Source of the DNA: Corynebacterium sp.
GTDB taxonomy: Bacteria > Actinomycetota > Actinomycetes > Mycobacteriales > Mycobacteriaceae
Assembly (NCBI RefSeq): GCF_030538285.1
Contig: NZ_JAUNUG010000006.1
Location: 1,964-65,963 of the forward strand
Length of the DNA: 64,000 bases
Reading direction: 5' to 3'
Positions 10,976 to 23,000 of this stretch are shown in pieces. The notes beneath the pieces were generated by a model that ran no database searches, was not told the DNA's origin, and saw only the letters and a program-made list of their open reading frames with translations. Numbering within the stretch: the first letter of the stretch is position 1; each line of letters opens with the position of its first letter. The translations under genes were made by a program, and so were the position numbers.

Positions 10976-11044
10976 GCCTCACAATATGATGACGTTTCCT
11001 GCGTTGCGTTCGAGAAAATGCCCACCCCATGGCACAGTGGCACC

Positions 11045-11812
11045 ATGAAGTTGACGATCCTCGGCAGTTCCGGCAGCGTCGGCGGTCCCACGAACCCGGC
11101 GTCCGGGTACCTCGTGAACGTCGACAACTCCCCGGCCCTCCTCGTGGACATGGGCCCCGGCGTCCTCGGGCAGCTCCAGGCGGTGCACGACCCCTGTGAC
11201 GCGCATGTCGTGTTCTCCCACCTGCACGCAGACCACTGCCTCGACTTCCCCTCGCTCATGGTGTGGCGGCGCTACCACCCCACCGCCCCCGCGAAGGGAC
11301 GCAACCTCTGCTACGGACCGTCCACCACCCTCGGCCACCTCGGTGTGCTCTCCGCCGACAGCCCCGGCGAAGTCGACGACATGTCCGACACCTTCGCCTT
11401 CGCTCCCTGGCGCACCGGCGAAGACCACATCATCGACCGCCTCAGCGTCACCCCGTTTCTGGCCGTCCACCCCGTCGAGGCCTACAGTCTGCGCATCACC
11501 GAGCACACCACCGGCAAAACCATCGCCTACTCGGGTGACACCGGCTGGACTGAGCAGCTCATCGAGTGCGCCCGCAACGCTGACGTCTTCCTCTGCGAGG
11601 CCACCTGGTGCTCCGGAGACGGGGATTTCCCGCCGGACATGCACCTCTCCGGCGCGGAAGCCGGCCGCGCCGCCCGCCTGGCAGGCGTGAAGAAGCTGGT
11701 CATCGTCCACGTCCCACCGTGGGGGGACGTCGAATCCACTCTCGCCGCCGCCCGCGCAGAATTCGACGGGCCCGTCGAATTCGGTGAGCAGGGGCAGGTC
11801 TTCGAGTTCTAG
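11045..11812 (+). CDS. Metallo-beta-lactamase-fold hydrolase (RNase Z / phosphodiesterase-like)
   Basis: SHLHADH, YSGDTG; conserved position between murI and rph. Confidence 0.88.
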   Translation: MKLTILGSSGSVGGPTNPASGYLVNVDNSPALLVDMGPGVLGQLQAVHDPCDAHVVFSHLHADHCLDFPSLMVWRRYHPTAPAKGRNLCYGPSTTLGHLGVLSADSPGEVDDMSDTFAFAPWRTGEDHIIDRLSVTPFLAVHPVEAYSLRITEHTTGKTIAYSGDTGWTEQLIECARNADVFLCEATWCSGDGDFPPDMHLSGAEAGRAARLAGVKKLVIVHVPPWGDVESTLAAARAEFDGPVEFGEQGQVFEF

Positions 11813-11834
11813 CCCACCCCGGTAGCCTGGGACC

Positions 11835-12563
11835 ATGACTGATTTCCAGCGCGCCGACGGCCGCGACCTCGACCAGCTCCGCACCATCCGCATCACCCGC
11901 GGTTTCACCTCCAACCCGGCCGGGTCCGTGCTCATCGAGTACGGCAACACCCGTGTCATGTGCACCGCCAGCGTCGAGCTCGGCGTGCCGCGCTTCAAGC
12001 GCGATTCCGGCGAGGGCTGGCTCACAGCCGAGTACTCCATGCTGCCCGCCGCCACCCACGAGCGCATGCGACGCGAGTCCATGGCCGGCAAGGTCAAGGG
12101 CCGCACCCACGAGATCTCCCGCCTGGTCGGCCGCGCCCTGCGCGCCGCCGTGGATCTGAGCCAGCTCGGTGAGAACACCATCAACATCGACTGCGATGTG
12201 CTCCAGGCCGACGGTGGCACCCGGACCGCCTCCATCACCGGCGCCTATGTCGCACTCGCCGACGCCATTGCGGTGCTCAAGGAGCAGGGCGTGGTCCCCG
12301 GCGAGCCGCTGCTGCCGCCCGTCGCCGCCGTCTCCGTCGGCCTGGTCGACGGCCACGTCTGCCTTGATCTTCCCTACGAGGAGGATTCGCGCGCGGAGGT
12401 CGACCTCAACGTCGTCATGACCGAAGGCGGACACTTCGTCGAGGTGCAGGGCACCGGCGAGCACGGTGATTTCTCCCGCACCCAGCTCGACGCCATGCTC
12501 GACTCGGCGGAGAAGGGCTGCCGCGAGCTGATCGCCGCCCAGCGCAGCGCACTGGGTATCTGA
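11835..12563 (+). CDS. rph: Ribonuclease PH
   Basis: [28 protein letters not shown]. Confidence 0.97.
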   Translation: MTDFQRADGRDLDQLRTIRITRGFTSNPAGSVLIEYGNTRVMCTASVELGVPRFKRDSGEGWLTAEYSMLPAATHERMRRESMAGKVKGRTHEISRLVGRALRAAVDLSQLGENTINIDCDVLQADGGTRTASITGAYVALADAIAVLKEQGVVPGEPLLPPVAAVSVGLVDGHVCLDLPYEEDSRAEVDLNVVMTEGGHFVEVQGTGEHGDFSRTQLDAMLDSAEKGCRELIAAQRSALGI

Positions 12564-12564
12564 C

Positions 12565-13179
12565 ATGCGCCTGCTCGTCGCCTCCAACAACGCCAAGAAG
12601 CTCGCCGAGCTGGAGCGCATCCTGAGCACGGCTGGCGTGGACGGGGTGGAGGTCATCCCACTGCGTGACGTCGACCCTTATGAGGAACCCGTCGAGGACG
12701 GTCGTACCTTCGCTGATAACGCGCTGATCAAGGCCCGCGCCGGGGCCCGGGAAACCGGCCTGGTGTGCATCGCCGATGATTCCGGCCTGGCGGTGGAGGA
12801 GCTCAACGGCATGCCGGGAGTGCTCTCGGCCCGGTGGTCGGGTGCCCACGGCGATGATGAGGCGAATAACCGGCTGCTCCTGGGGCAGATGTCCCATGTG
12901 CCGGAAGCCCGCCGCGCCTGCGCCTTCGTCTCAGTCTGCGCGCTGGTCACCCCGGATGGTGCCGAGCATGTCGCGGAGGGCCGCTGGGAGGGCACGCTGC
13001 TGCGCGAGCCGGTAGGGGAGAACGGTTTCGGCTACGACCCCCTCTTCCAGCCCGCCGATGGCATCGCGGCCGGGCGCTCCTCCGCGCAGTTGAGCCCGGA
13101 GGAGAAGAACTCCCTGTCCCATCGCGGGAAGGCGCTGGCCCAGTTGGTCGAGGTTATCCGGGAGCTGGCGGCTCGCTGA
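12565..13179 (+). CDS. rdgB: Non-canonical purine NTP pyrophosphatase (Ham1)
   Basis: ADDSGL, GFGYDPLF, SHRGKAL. Confidence 0.95.
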   Translation: MRLLVASNNAKKLAELERILSTAGVDGVEVIPLRDVDPYEEPVEDGRTFADNALIKARAGARETGLVCIADDSGLAVEELNGMPGVLSARWSGAHGDDEANNRLLLGQMSHVPEARRACAFVSVCALVTPDGAEHVAEGRWEGTLLREPVGENGFGYDPLFQPADGIAAGRSSAQLSPEEKNSLSHRGKALAQLVEVIRELAAR

Positions 13180-14650
13180 CGCCAGCCCCGGCTGGCCTGC
13201 GTCTGCGGATTTTCGCCCCGGCGGACTGTGAGTGGAAGGCGGATTCGTTGAACTCCATCGGGCGACCGTCGGGAGGTACCCAACCGGTTTGGCCGGTGGT
13301 GGGATCTTTGTCCATGTGGCCGAGACCGAAGGCGCCGTCGCGTTCATCCCGGTTGGCGGGGTGGTGCGTGGGGCACAGGATGGTCAGGTGCTCGATGTCG
13401 GTCCGTCCCCCTTTCGCCCAAGCCGTGATGTGGTGGATGTGACTCTGCGCGAGCCCCGTCTGGCAGGGGCCTCGCGTGCAGCACAGTTCCTGGGCGAATA
13501 GCGCCAGCCGCTGCATGACGCTGGCCGAGCGGACCGTCCGCCCCAGGTTGAGAACCTGGCCGTTGGTGTCGTGCAGAACCCCGAGGTCATAGGCCGCGGC
13601 CCCGAGCCGGAGAATGTCGGCCGTGCTGAGCATGTCCCCGGTGTTGCTGGGGAAGCGGTCGGTGGGGGAGAGGCTATTCAGTTCCTCGGCGGTCATGGAG
13701 ACCACGATGGAGCCGATGCCCTGGCGCCGGGCAGTGCCGGGGCCGGTGGTGAGGTAGTGGCGGATGATTTCCGCGAGCTGGTCGGCCATGCGGGCGGAGA
13801 TTTCCCGTTTGTCCTCCTCCACCGGCACGTCGGTGTTGGTGCCCTTGGCGCGCCCCGGGGCCAACGCCGCTTTGAGCGCCGCCAGTTCGGCTCCGGCCAG
13901 ATACATCGAGATCCGGGCGCCACCGTCGGCGTCCTGTGGGCCGATGACGATCTTGCGTTTGCGGTGCGCGGCCCACGGGTCGGGTTTGCCGTTAGGCATG
14001 CGGCCCAGCTTGTTCGATTGGCGGATGCGCTCCCGCAGCCACACACGCAGATCCTCGAGGCTGCGGCGCTTGGCTTCGGCGAGCGCCTCGGCCAAAAGTT
14101 CCTCGCGGCTCAGGGCGGCGTGCTTGTTGAGGTGTTCAAGTTCGCGCTGAATCATCCGCTGTTTCTCCGCGGTGGCCGCCGCGTCCTGTGCTTCCTTTCG
14201 CGCCCGCTCCTGCGCCTCGGCCGCCCGGCGGCGGCGCTCCTCCTCAGCCTGGCGGATGCGGGCTGTTTCTGCTTCCCGGGTGCGGCGCTGCTCCTCGCTC
14301 TCATCCGGTTCGGGAACGGGGTCCGGCAGGGGATCTGGTTCCGGCGGGTGGAAGAGTCGGTGGCCGCGGTCCAGGCGGGAGCGTGCCTCCGCCTTGGACA
14401 ATCCCAGTTTGCGGGTGAGGTATTCGGAGGCGTGGACGGCGCCGACGAGTCGGCCGGCGTCTGCCTGTTCGGCTGCGTAGGCGAAAGCGGCGTCGGCGAA
14501 GCTCTTGAGTTCGGAGACCTTCTCCAGGCGGGCGAACTCCTCATGGACTGCGTCGAAGTCAAGGGACGTGGGATGCGCCACGGCGGCCGCCAGTTCGGTC
14601 AGTGCCGCCTGGATCTGGTCAACCAGAGCTGTCAACGATGGTCGTGTCAT
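13154..14650 (-). CDS. DUF222 / 13E12-like HNH endonuclease protein
   Basis: C-terminal CTRGPC...HIHHITAW..GGRTD...LCPTHH HNH motif; LNLGRTVR; charged helical insert. Confidence 0.85.
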   Translation of the reverse strand: MTRPSLTALVDQIQAALTELAAAVAHPTSLDFDAVHEEFARLEKVSELKSFADAAFAYAAEQADAGRLVGAVHASEYLTRKLGLSKAEARSRLDRGHRLFHPPEPDPLPDPVPEPDESEEQRRTREAETARIRQAEEERRRRAAEAQERARKEAQDAAATAEKQRMIQRELEHLNKHAALSREELLAEALAEAKRRSLEDLRVWLRERIRQSNKLGRMPNGKPDPWAAHRKRKIVIGPQDADGGARISMYLAGAELAALKAALAPGRAKGTNTDVPVEEDKREISARMADQLAEIIRHYLTTGPGTARRQGIGSIVVSMTAEELNSLSPTDRFPSNTGDMLSTADILRLGAAAYDLGVLHDTNGQVLNLGRTVRSASVMQRLALFAQELCCTRGPCQTGLAQSHIHHITAWAKGGRTDIEHLTILCPTHHPANRDERDGAFGLGHMDKDPTTGQTGWVPPDGRPMEFNESAFHSQSAGAKIRRRRPAGAGVSEPPAPG

Positions 14651-14671
14651 GTCCCTCACCCCCTCTGCGAG

Positions 14672-14740
14672 TCGATTACATGTTCGAGAATAGGCCAAGG
14701 CGCGAACATGTCAACCCCCAAGCCTCAAACAAACGTTCGA
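14672..14740. promoter_or_regulatory. Two LexA (SOS) boxes upstream of the HNH gene
   Basis: TCGATTACATGTTCGA (14672-14687) and TCAAACAAACGTTCGA (14725-14740) versus the actinobacterial consensus TCGAAC-N4-GTTCGA. Confidence 0.7.
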
Positions 14741-14806
14741 CTACCCCCGTTTATAGTGAGACCCCACCGCGTGAGCGACCCCGCGCAGTGGGCTACTATC
14801 CGAGAA

Positions 14807-15724
14807 ATGACCCCGCAGAACATCAATGATCCCCGCAACCGTCCGAGTGGTGCGACCGCTGAGCGTCAGTTCGTGCTCACCCTGGGTTGTCCTGATACCA
14901 CCGGTATCGTCGCCAAGCTCTCGACTTTCCTGGCTGAGCAGGGCGGATGGATTACTGAGGCCGCCTATTTCACGGACCCGGAGAACAATTGGTTCTTCAC
15001 CCGGCAGGCCATTCGCGCCGATTCGGTGGACATGGGCATCGACGAGCTGCGGGAGAAGTTCGCCCCCGTCGCCGCGGAGTTCGGCCCCGAGGCGCAGTGG
15101 CGGCTGTGGGACACCGCGCAGCTGAAGAAGGCGGTCATCCTCGTCTCGCGCGAGGGGCATTGCCTGCATGACCTGCTGGGACGTGTCGCGGAGAATGATT
15201 ATCCCATGGAGGTCGTCGCGGTCGTCGGCAACCATGACAACCTCTCCTACATCGCCGACAATCATGGCGTGCCGTTTTATCACGTGCCGTTCCCGAAGGA
15301 CGCCGTCGGTAAGCGGAAGGCTTTTGAGGAGGTCGGGGAGATCGTCAACTCCTACGAGCCGGACGCCATCGTCATGGCCCGTTTCATGCAGATCCTGCCC
15401 CCGGATTTCTGTGAGATGTGGGAGGGCCGTGTCCTCAACATCCACCACAGCTTCCTGCCGTCATTCATGGGTGCCCGCCCGTATCACCAGGCGCATAAGC
15501 GGGGCGTGAAGCTCATCGGCGCGACCTGCCACTTCGCCACCCCGGACCTGGATGATGGGCCGATCATTGAGCAGGATGTCATCCGGGTCACCCACAAGGA
15601 CACTCCGGCGGAGATGCAGCGCCTGGGTCGAGATGCCGAGAAGTCGGTGCTGGCCCGCGGTCTGCGCTACCACCTGGAGGATCGGGTCCTCGTCTACGGT
15701 AACCGCACCGTCGTTTTCGACTAG
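14807..15724 (+). CDS. purU: Formyltetrahydrofolate deformylase
   Basis: ACT domain (CPDTTGIVA), HCLHDLL, NIHHSFLPSFMGARPYHQA, DLDDGPIIEQD. Confidence 0.95.
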   Translation: MTPQNINDPRNRPSGATAERQFVLTLGCPDTTGIVAKLSTFLAEQGGWITEAAYFTDPENNWFFTRQAIRADSVDMGIDELREKFAPVAAEFGPEAQWRLWDTAQLKKAVILVSREGHCLHDLLGRVAENDYPMEVVAVVGNHDNLSYIADNHGVPFYHVPFPKDAVGKRKAFEEVGEIVNSYEPDAIVMARFMQILPPDFCEMWEGRVLNIHHSFLPSFMGARPYHQAHKRGVKLIGATCHFATPDLDDGPIIEQDVIRVTHKDTPAEMQRLGRDAEKSVLARGLRYHLEDRVLVYGNRTVVFD

Positions 15725-15726
15725 CG

Positions 15727-16080
15727 CTAGGAGAGCTGGAACTCTTCCTTGACTTCGCGGCGTCGATTAGCTTCGACGAAGAAGGAGAGGAAGGGTACGA
15801 CGCCGGCGAGCGCGGTGGTCAGCCACTTCAGTGGCTGCCAGCGGGCCTTGAGGCCCAGGTTCAGCACCGCCAGGACATAAGCCATGTAGACCCAGCCGTG
15901 GGCGATCGCGATGATGGTCGCCCAGTCGGGGATGTCCACCTTGAGGATGTACTCCAGGATCATGCGGATGACCAGGATCACCAGGAAAACGCCGGTGATC
16001 CAGGCGGTCACCGAGAAGATCTGGAGCGCGGTGGAGACGCGCTTCTGGCGTTCGGGGTGGATCGTCTGGGTGGCAGTCAT
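15727..16080 (-). CDS. DUF3817 membrane protein
   Basis: AHGWVYMAY, LAGVVPFLSF. Confidence 0.8.
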   Translation of the reverse strand: MTATQTIHPERQKRVSTALQIFSVTAWITGVFLVILVIRMILEYILKVDIPDWATIIAIAHGWVYMAYVLAVLNLGLKARWQPLKWLTTALAGVVPFLSFFVEANRRREVKEEFQLS

Positions 16081-16508
16081 GGGGTGGGGTCTCCAGGTTG
16101 GTCGGTGGTTGCTTCTCGACGCCGCCTTCGCGGATCATTCAGCTCGTTATATGTGTCGACGTCCAGGGTCGGACGGGAGGGCAGGAAGTCCTCATCGATC
16201 GCGGTGACGTGGTCGTTCTTCCGGGCGGGGGCCTCGTAAAGGAACTCGGGGTCGTCGGTGGCGTTCTCGGCGTCGATCATGTCGTTCTCGTACTCGAGGA
16301 ACTTCCGGTACGCGTAGACGAAGAAGGCGCCGAAGAGGGGCCACTGGAAGGCGTAGCCCAAGTTCTGGAACGTGCCGGAGCCGGATTGGAAGCGCGTCCA
16401 TTGCCACCACGCCAGAGCGATGGTGCAGGCCACTGCCACAGCCAGGAAGATCACGTGGGTGACGCGGACCTTCTTGCGCTGCCGGAGGGGTCTGTTGTTC
16501 TCGCTCAC
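16077..16508 (-). CDS. Conserved actinobacterial membrane protein
   Basis: LAWWQWTR...QNLGYAFQWPLF; overlaps the start of the next gene. Confidence 0.78.
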   Translation of the reverse strand: MSENNRPLRQRKKVRVTHVIFLAVAVACTIALAWWQWTRFQSGSGTFQNLGYAFQWPLFGAFFVYAYRKFLEYENDMIDAENATDDPEFLYEAPARKNDHVTAIDEDFLPSRPTLDVDTYNELNDPRRRRREATTDQPGDPTP

Positions 16509-16587
16509 GGAATAACACCCTACCCCCTATCCATCGAAAGGTGGAGTTCGGGGCGGGGTGGTCGGCAGTGTAATATCTCCCAGGTAG

Positions 16588-16671
<84 letters not shown>

Positions 16672-16675
16672 GTGT

Positions 16676-16714
16676 GAAGGTGCAATGGCAGTGCGAACTG
16701 TCATTGCACCTTTC
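16676..16714 (+). terminator. Hairpin after tRNA-Leu
   Basis: GAAGGTGCAATGGCAG / CTGTCATTGCACCTTT inverted repeat. Confidence 0.7.
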
Positions 16715-16928
16715 GCGTTCCCCACCGCCCACCCCCTGTGTGATAATCCTCCCTCCATTGCAGGCAAGTGGCAGCAATCACATCCTGAGCCCCCTGGCGG
16801 GCGCCCCCCGGGCCTGGCACCTGCCCAGCACCCGGGTGGTTTTGGCCCCGAACCGACGCCACCGAAACCTACTGGTTCGTAGCTGCCGGGGGGTGGGCGT
16901 CGATAAGCAATCGGCGCGACACTCGCCA

Positions 16929-16953
16929 CAAAGATGACGCTTTCCTCAGGTTT
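16929..16953 (+). promoter_or_regulatory. FasR operator (fasO) upstream of fas
   Basis: CAAAGATGACGCTTTCCTCAGGTTT versus the C. glutamicum fasO consensus as recalled (AAAANATGACNANNTCCTCANTTT). Confidence 0.75.
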
Positions 16954-17043
16954 TTGTGGCATATTTGGCTATCAAAACTTGTGGGCACTTTGGTGCCCCC
17001 AGTTTCGTCATGCACAAAGTAGGAAACACAGGAGCGAGTCCAC

Positions 17044-20000
17044 GTGACCGAGTACAGCACTTCCTTCGGGACGGATCGACTGATCAACCGCTTCGACCGC
17101 GAGCCTTTTGCCCTGGCCTTCTCCGGCCAGGGGTTCGACTGGTTGAAGACCCTGCGCGCGGCAATTGCCGCCGGTGTCGGCACCGCCGTCACCTCCCTGG
17201 TCGACGGCGCCGCCGCCAAGCTCGCGCCTGTCGCAGATGAGCTGGCCGGTACCCGTCCCCACGGCTTCGATCCGATCGCCTGGGCCCGCGCCGAGGAGAA
17301 CCCGGCCTTCGACACCGCCCAGGCCGCCCTCAGCGTCCCCGGCATCTTCGCCGCCCAGCTGGCCGTGCTGGAGTCCCTCGACCGTCAGGGCCTCGAGCTG
17401 GAGAAGGCCGTCACCTCCGTCGGCCACTCCCAGGGCAAGCTGGGCACCCTCCTGCTGGAGGGGCAGGCCGAGTCGGATGATCTGCTGGCCATCGCCCAGC
17501 TCATCGGTGCCGCGATGACCCGCACCGCGCGCATTACCGGCCTGCTCAAGCAGGGTGAGGCATCCCCGATGGTCTCGGTCATGGGGATTACCCGTGAGCA
17601 GCTGCAGCAGGCCATCGATCACGCCTGCGCAGAGGTCCCGGAGGAGCTGCGCCCGGCCATCGGCCTGCGTAACACCCGCGACACCTATGTCATGGTCGGC
17701 CGCCCGCAGGATCTGCAGGCGGTGGAGGAGCTGCTGGGCAAGTTCGCCAAGCGTGACGCCAAGGCCATCGAGAACAAGGAGCGCGGCGGCGAGCCCTTCA
17801 ACCCGCGTTTCAACCCGCTGCCCATCCAGATCGCCTTCCACCACCCGGCGATGCAGGCCGCGGTCGAGCAGACCGTCGCCTGGGCCGAGAAGTCCGGCCT
17901 GGACACCGCCATCGCCCGCGAGGCCGCGCAGCTGGTGCTGACCACCCCGGTCGATTTCCCCGCTGAGCTGGACTCCGCCATCGACGCCGGTGCCCGCTGG
18001 ATCCTCGAGGTCGGCCCGGAGGGCGGCATGTCCCCGCTCACCCGCCGCATTATCGCCGGCCGTGGCGTCGGCCTGCTCACCGTGTCCGACACCGAAGGCC
18101 AGGCGGAGCTTTTCGACGCCGGCCTCGCCCCCTCCCTACCCCGCGACTGGTCCGAGTTCGCCCCGCGCCTAGAAAGCCGCAACGGTCAGATCCGCCTGGT
18201 GACCAAGTTTACCGAGGTCACGGGCTACACCCCGATGACCCTGCCGGGCATGACCCCCACCACCGTGGACCCGAAGATCGTCGCCGCGGCCGCCAACGCC
18301 GGCCACTGGGCCGAGCTGGCCGGTGGCGGCCAGGTCACCGAGGACGTCCTCCACGAGCACCTTGAGCAGCTGCAGGACATGCTGGAGCCGGGTGTCAACG
18401 CCCAGTTCAACTCCATGTTCCTCAACCCTTACCTGTGGCGCATGCAGGTCGAGGGCAAGCGCCTTGTGCCGCGCGCCCGCGCCAACGGCGCCCCCATCGA
18501 CGGCATCATCATCACCGCCGGCATGCCGCCGCACGACGAGGCCGTCGCCCTCGTGCGCGAGCTGCGCGCGGCGAATTTCCCGTGGGTGGTGTTCAAGCCG
18601 GGTGCGGTGAAGAACATCCGCCAGGTGCTCAAGATCGCCGACGATGTCGAGGACACCCCGATCATCATCCAGGTCGAGGGCGGTAAGGCCGGTGGCCACC
18701 ACTCCTGGGAGGATCTGGATGAGCTGCTCATCGCCACTTACGCCGAGATCCGCGAGCGTGACAATGTCATCCTCGTGGTGGGCGGTGGCATCGGCACCCC
18801 GGAGCGGGCCGCCGAGTACATCACCGGTTCCTGGTCGCGCAAGTACGACCTGCCGGCCATGCCGACCGATGGCATCCTCATCGGTACCGCCGCGATGGCC
18901 ACCCTCGAGTCGACTGCTTCCGAGGCCGTCAAGCAGGCGCTTGTCGACGCCCCCGGCACCGACGAGTGGGCCGGTGCCGGACGCGAGGCCGGCGGTGTCG
19001 CCTCCGGTCGCTCCCAGCTGGGCGCCGATCTCTACGAGATTGAGAACTCCTTCGCCAAGGCCGGCCGCCTCCTCGATGAGGTCGCCGGTGACGATGCGGC
19101 TGCGATCGCCCGCCGCGAGGAGATCATCGCGGCCATCGATAAGACCTGTAAGCCCTACTTCGGCGACGTCGAGGCCATGACCTACGCCCAGTGGCTGAAC
19201 CGCTACCTCGAGGTGTCCGGCCCTTACCAGGGCGAGTGGACCGATGTGTCCTGGTTCAACCGCTTCGTCGACATGGTCGAGCGCGCCGAGGCCCGCCTCG
19301 GCGACCTGGACCACGGCCAGTTCGAGGCACAGATTGAGGTGGACGCGGATAACCCGCAGCGGGCCGTCGATAAGCTCGTGGAGGCCTACCCCTTCGCCGA
19401 GCGCGACCTGCTCCACCCGGCCGACCGCTCCTGGTTCAACAAGCTGCTGCTCAACCCGGGTAAGCCCGCCAACTTCGTCCCCGTCATCGACGGTGACGTG
19501 CGCCGCTGGTGGCGTTCCGACTCCCTGTGGCAGGCCCACGACGAGCGCTACAGTGCCGACGAGGTCTGCATCATCCCGGGCACCGCCGCCGTCGCCGGCA
19601 TTACCCGCGCCAACGAGCCGGTCGCCGAACTGCTCGGCCGCTTCAACCAGGCCTCCATTGACGTGCTTATCGACGCCGGCGAGCAGCCCGTCGAGGTCAC
19701 CGACTCCATCGTGGAGCGCGTCCTCACCGCCCCGGGCACTTACTGGGCCGGCCGCCAGCAGGCCTCCTACATCGAGCGCCTCGGCGACACCGAGCAGTGG
19801 ACCCTGGCAGAGGATCGCTCCTCCGCCACCCACGCCACCACCGGCGCGCGCCTGGTGGCCGAGGATGCCGAGCACGCCGTGCTCACCGTCCCGCTGGCCG
19901 GCTCCACTGCTGCGGGCACCACCACGGACCTCACCATCCGATTCACCGTCCCGGCTGATGCCCCGCTGTCTGCCAACCCGCAGGTCACCGCGGAGGACGC

Positions 20001-23000
20001 CGAGGCCGCCATGGCCGAGCTCACCCGCGTGGCCGCCGGCGGCGAGCTCGCCGAGGTCTCCGCCACCGGTGCTGCCCAGTGGACCACCACCCTCGACGCC
20101 TCCCACCTCGCCGACTACGACAACGTCACCGCCGGCTACCTGCCGAATGAGCTGGCCGCCCACGGCACTGCCCCGGATGTCCTCGTGGGCCGCGCCTGGC
20201 CGGCGGTGTTCGCCGCCGTCCGCTCCGCGGTCGTCCCGGGCACCGACTCGGCCTCCGTGGTGGAGGGCATGCTCTCGCTCGTCCACCTCGAGCACCACCT
20301 GACCATGCTGCGCGAGCTGCCCTCGGTCGCGGAAGGCGCCGCCCAGCTGCACGTCACCGCCACCGCCGACGAGGTCTCCGACACCGACATGGGTCGCCTC
20401 GTCGTCGTCCGTGCGCAGATCAGCGCCGACGGTGAGCCGCTGGCCAAGTTGTCTGAGCGTTTCGCCATCCGCGGCCGAAACGGCAAGATGACCGCCCGCA
20501 CCAACACCTCGGCGTTGCCGTCTGTCGTGGACACCCCGCGTTCCTTCCGCGCCTACGCGCGTGTCGTGGCCCCGGAGTCCATGCACCCCTTCGCCGTCGT
20601 CTCCGGCGACCGCAACCCGATCCACGTCTCCGACACCGCCGCCGGCCTGGCCGGCCTGCCGGGTGTCATCGTCCACGGCATGTGGACCTCCGCCATCGGC
20701 GAGCTCGTCGCCGGTGCCGGCTACCAGGATGATTCCGCCACCACCGCCCCGGGCCGCGTCGTGGAGTACACCGCCACCATGCTCGCCCCGGTCCTGCCGG
20801 GCGAGACGATTGAGTTCACGGTGGAGCGCGCGGGCGTCGATAACCGCCCCGGACACGGGGAAGTGCGCGCCGTCACCGCGACTGTGAACGGCAACATGGT
20901 GCTCACCGCCACCGCCGTCATGGCCGCCCCGACCACCTTCTACGGCTTCCCGGGCCAGGGCATCCAGTCCCAGGGCATGGGCATGGATTCCCGTGCCTCC
21001 TCCGCCGCTGCACGCGAGACCTGGGACCGCGCCGACAAGCACACCCGCGGCAAGCTCGGCTTCTCTGTCCTGGAGATCGTCAAGAACAACCCGACCGAGG
21101 TCGTCGTCGGAGGCGAGCGCTTCCACCACCCGGACGGCGTGCTCTTCCTCACCCAGTTCACCCAGGTCGCCATGGCCACCCTGGGTTGCGCCCAGATCGC
21201 CGAGATGCGCGAGGCCGAGGCGCTTAACCAGCGCGCCTACTTCGCCGGCCACTCCGTCGGTGAGTACAACGCCCTGGCCGCTTACTCCGGCGTCCTCTCG
21301 CTGGAGTCCGTCGTGGAGATCGTCTACCGCCGCGGCCTGACCATGCACCGCCTAGTCGAGCGCGATGCGGAGGGCAACTCCAACTACGGCCTGGCCGCCC
21401 TGCGTCCGAACAAGATGCGCCTGACCGCGGACAACGTCTTCGGTTACGTGCAGGAAATGTCGGAGAAGACCGGCGAGTTCCTGGAGATCGTCAACTACAA
21501 CATCGCCGGCGTCCAGTACGCCGTCGCCGGTACCCGCGCCGGTCTCGCCGCTCTCAAGGCGGACGCCGAGGAGAAGGCACCGGGCCAGCGCGCGTTCATC
21601 ATGATCCCGGGCATCGACGTGCCCTTCCACTCCAGCCACCTGCGCGACGGGGTGGGCGATTTCCGTGAGCACCTCGACTCGCTCATCCCGCAGGAGATCA
21701 ACCTCGATATCCTGGTCAACCGCTACATCCCGAACCTGGTGGCCCGTCCCTTCGAGCTGACCCGCGAGTTCGTCGAGTCCATCACCGAGGTCGTCGCCTC
21801 GCCGTACATCGACGAGATCCTCGCCGATTTCGACGCGGCCGCCGCCAACCCGGTCAAGCTCGGCCGCACCCTGCTCATTGAGCTGCTGGCCTGGCAGTTC
21901 GCCTCCCCGGTCCGGTGGATCGAGACGCAGGACCTCATCCTGCGTGACCTGGGCATCGAGCGTTTCGTCGAGGTCGGTGTCGGTTCCGCCCCGACCCTGG
22001 CCAACATGCTCGGCCAGACCCTGCGCCTGCCGCAGTACGCTGGCAGCCCGATCGAGGTCCTCAACGTCGAGCGCGATCGCCCGGTCGTCTTCGCCACCGA
22101 CGAGATCGTCCGCGAGGTCGCCGCCGACGTCGTCCCGGAGGCCGAGGAGCCGGCTGAGAAGAAGTCCACCGCCGCCCCGGCCCCGGTCACCGCCAACGCC
22201 CCGACCGGTGACACCGTCCCGGCCACCAACCCGGCCCCCGTGGCCGCCGCCGGTGCCGGCACCCCGGATGACATCGAGTTCACCCCCTCGGATGCCACCG
22301 AGATGCTCATCGCCATCTGGACCAAGGTGCGCCCCGATCAGATGGGTGCCACCGACTCCATTGAGACCCTCGTCGAGGGTGTATCCTCGCGCCGTAACCA
22401 GCTGCTGCTGGACCTCGGCGTGGAGTTCGGCCTCGGCGCCATCGACGGTGCCGCCGACGCCGAGCTGGCGGCGCTCAAGCAGACCGTGACCAAGATGGCC
22501 AAGGGCTACAAGGCCTTCGGCCCGGTGCTCGGTGACTCCGCCGCCGACGCCCTGCGTCGCATCACCGGCCCGACCGGCAAGAAGCCTGGCTACATCGCCG
22601 AGCGCGTCACCGGCACCTGGCAGCTCGGATCCGGCTGGGCCGACCATGTCGTCGCCGAGGTCGTCATCGGCGCCCGCGAGGGTGCCTCCCTGCGCGGTGG
22701 CGATCTGGCCACCCTCACCCCGGCCACCCCGTCCAGTGCTTCCGACCTGGATGCGCTCATCGACGCCGCCGTCCAGGCCGTCGCCGCCCGCCGCGGCGTC
22801 GCCGTCGGTCTGCCGTCCGCCGGTGGCGGAGCAGGTGGAGTCGTCGACTCCGCAGCACTCGGTGAGTTCGCCGAGCAGGTCACCGGCAAGGAAGGCGTGC
22901 TGGCGGAGACCGCCCGCACCATCCTGAGCCAGCTGGGCATCTCCGAGGTGGAGTCCCACAACCTTGAGGACGAGGGTGACGAGTACGCCGCCCTCTTCGA

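Noticed and set aside
10986-11001. fasO-like ATGACGTTTCCTG between murI and the MBL hydrolase gene
   Set aside because: Spacer is one base short and the second half-site is mismatched.
13571-14806. 717-aa ORF suggesting a large N-terminal fusion to PurU
   Set aside because: The extension is the antisense of the HNH gene; PurU similarity starts at ATG 14807, behind its own TACTAT -10.
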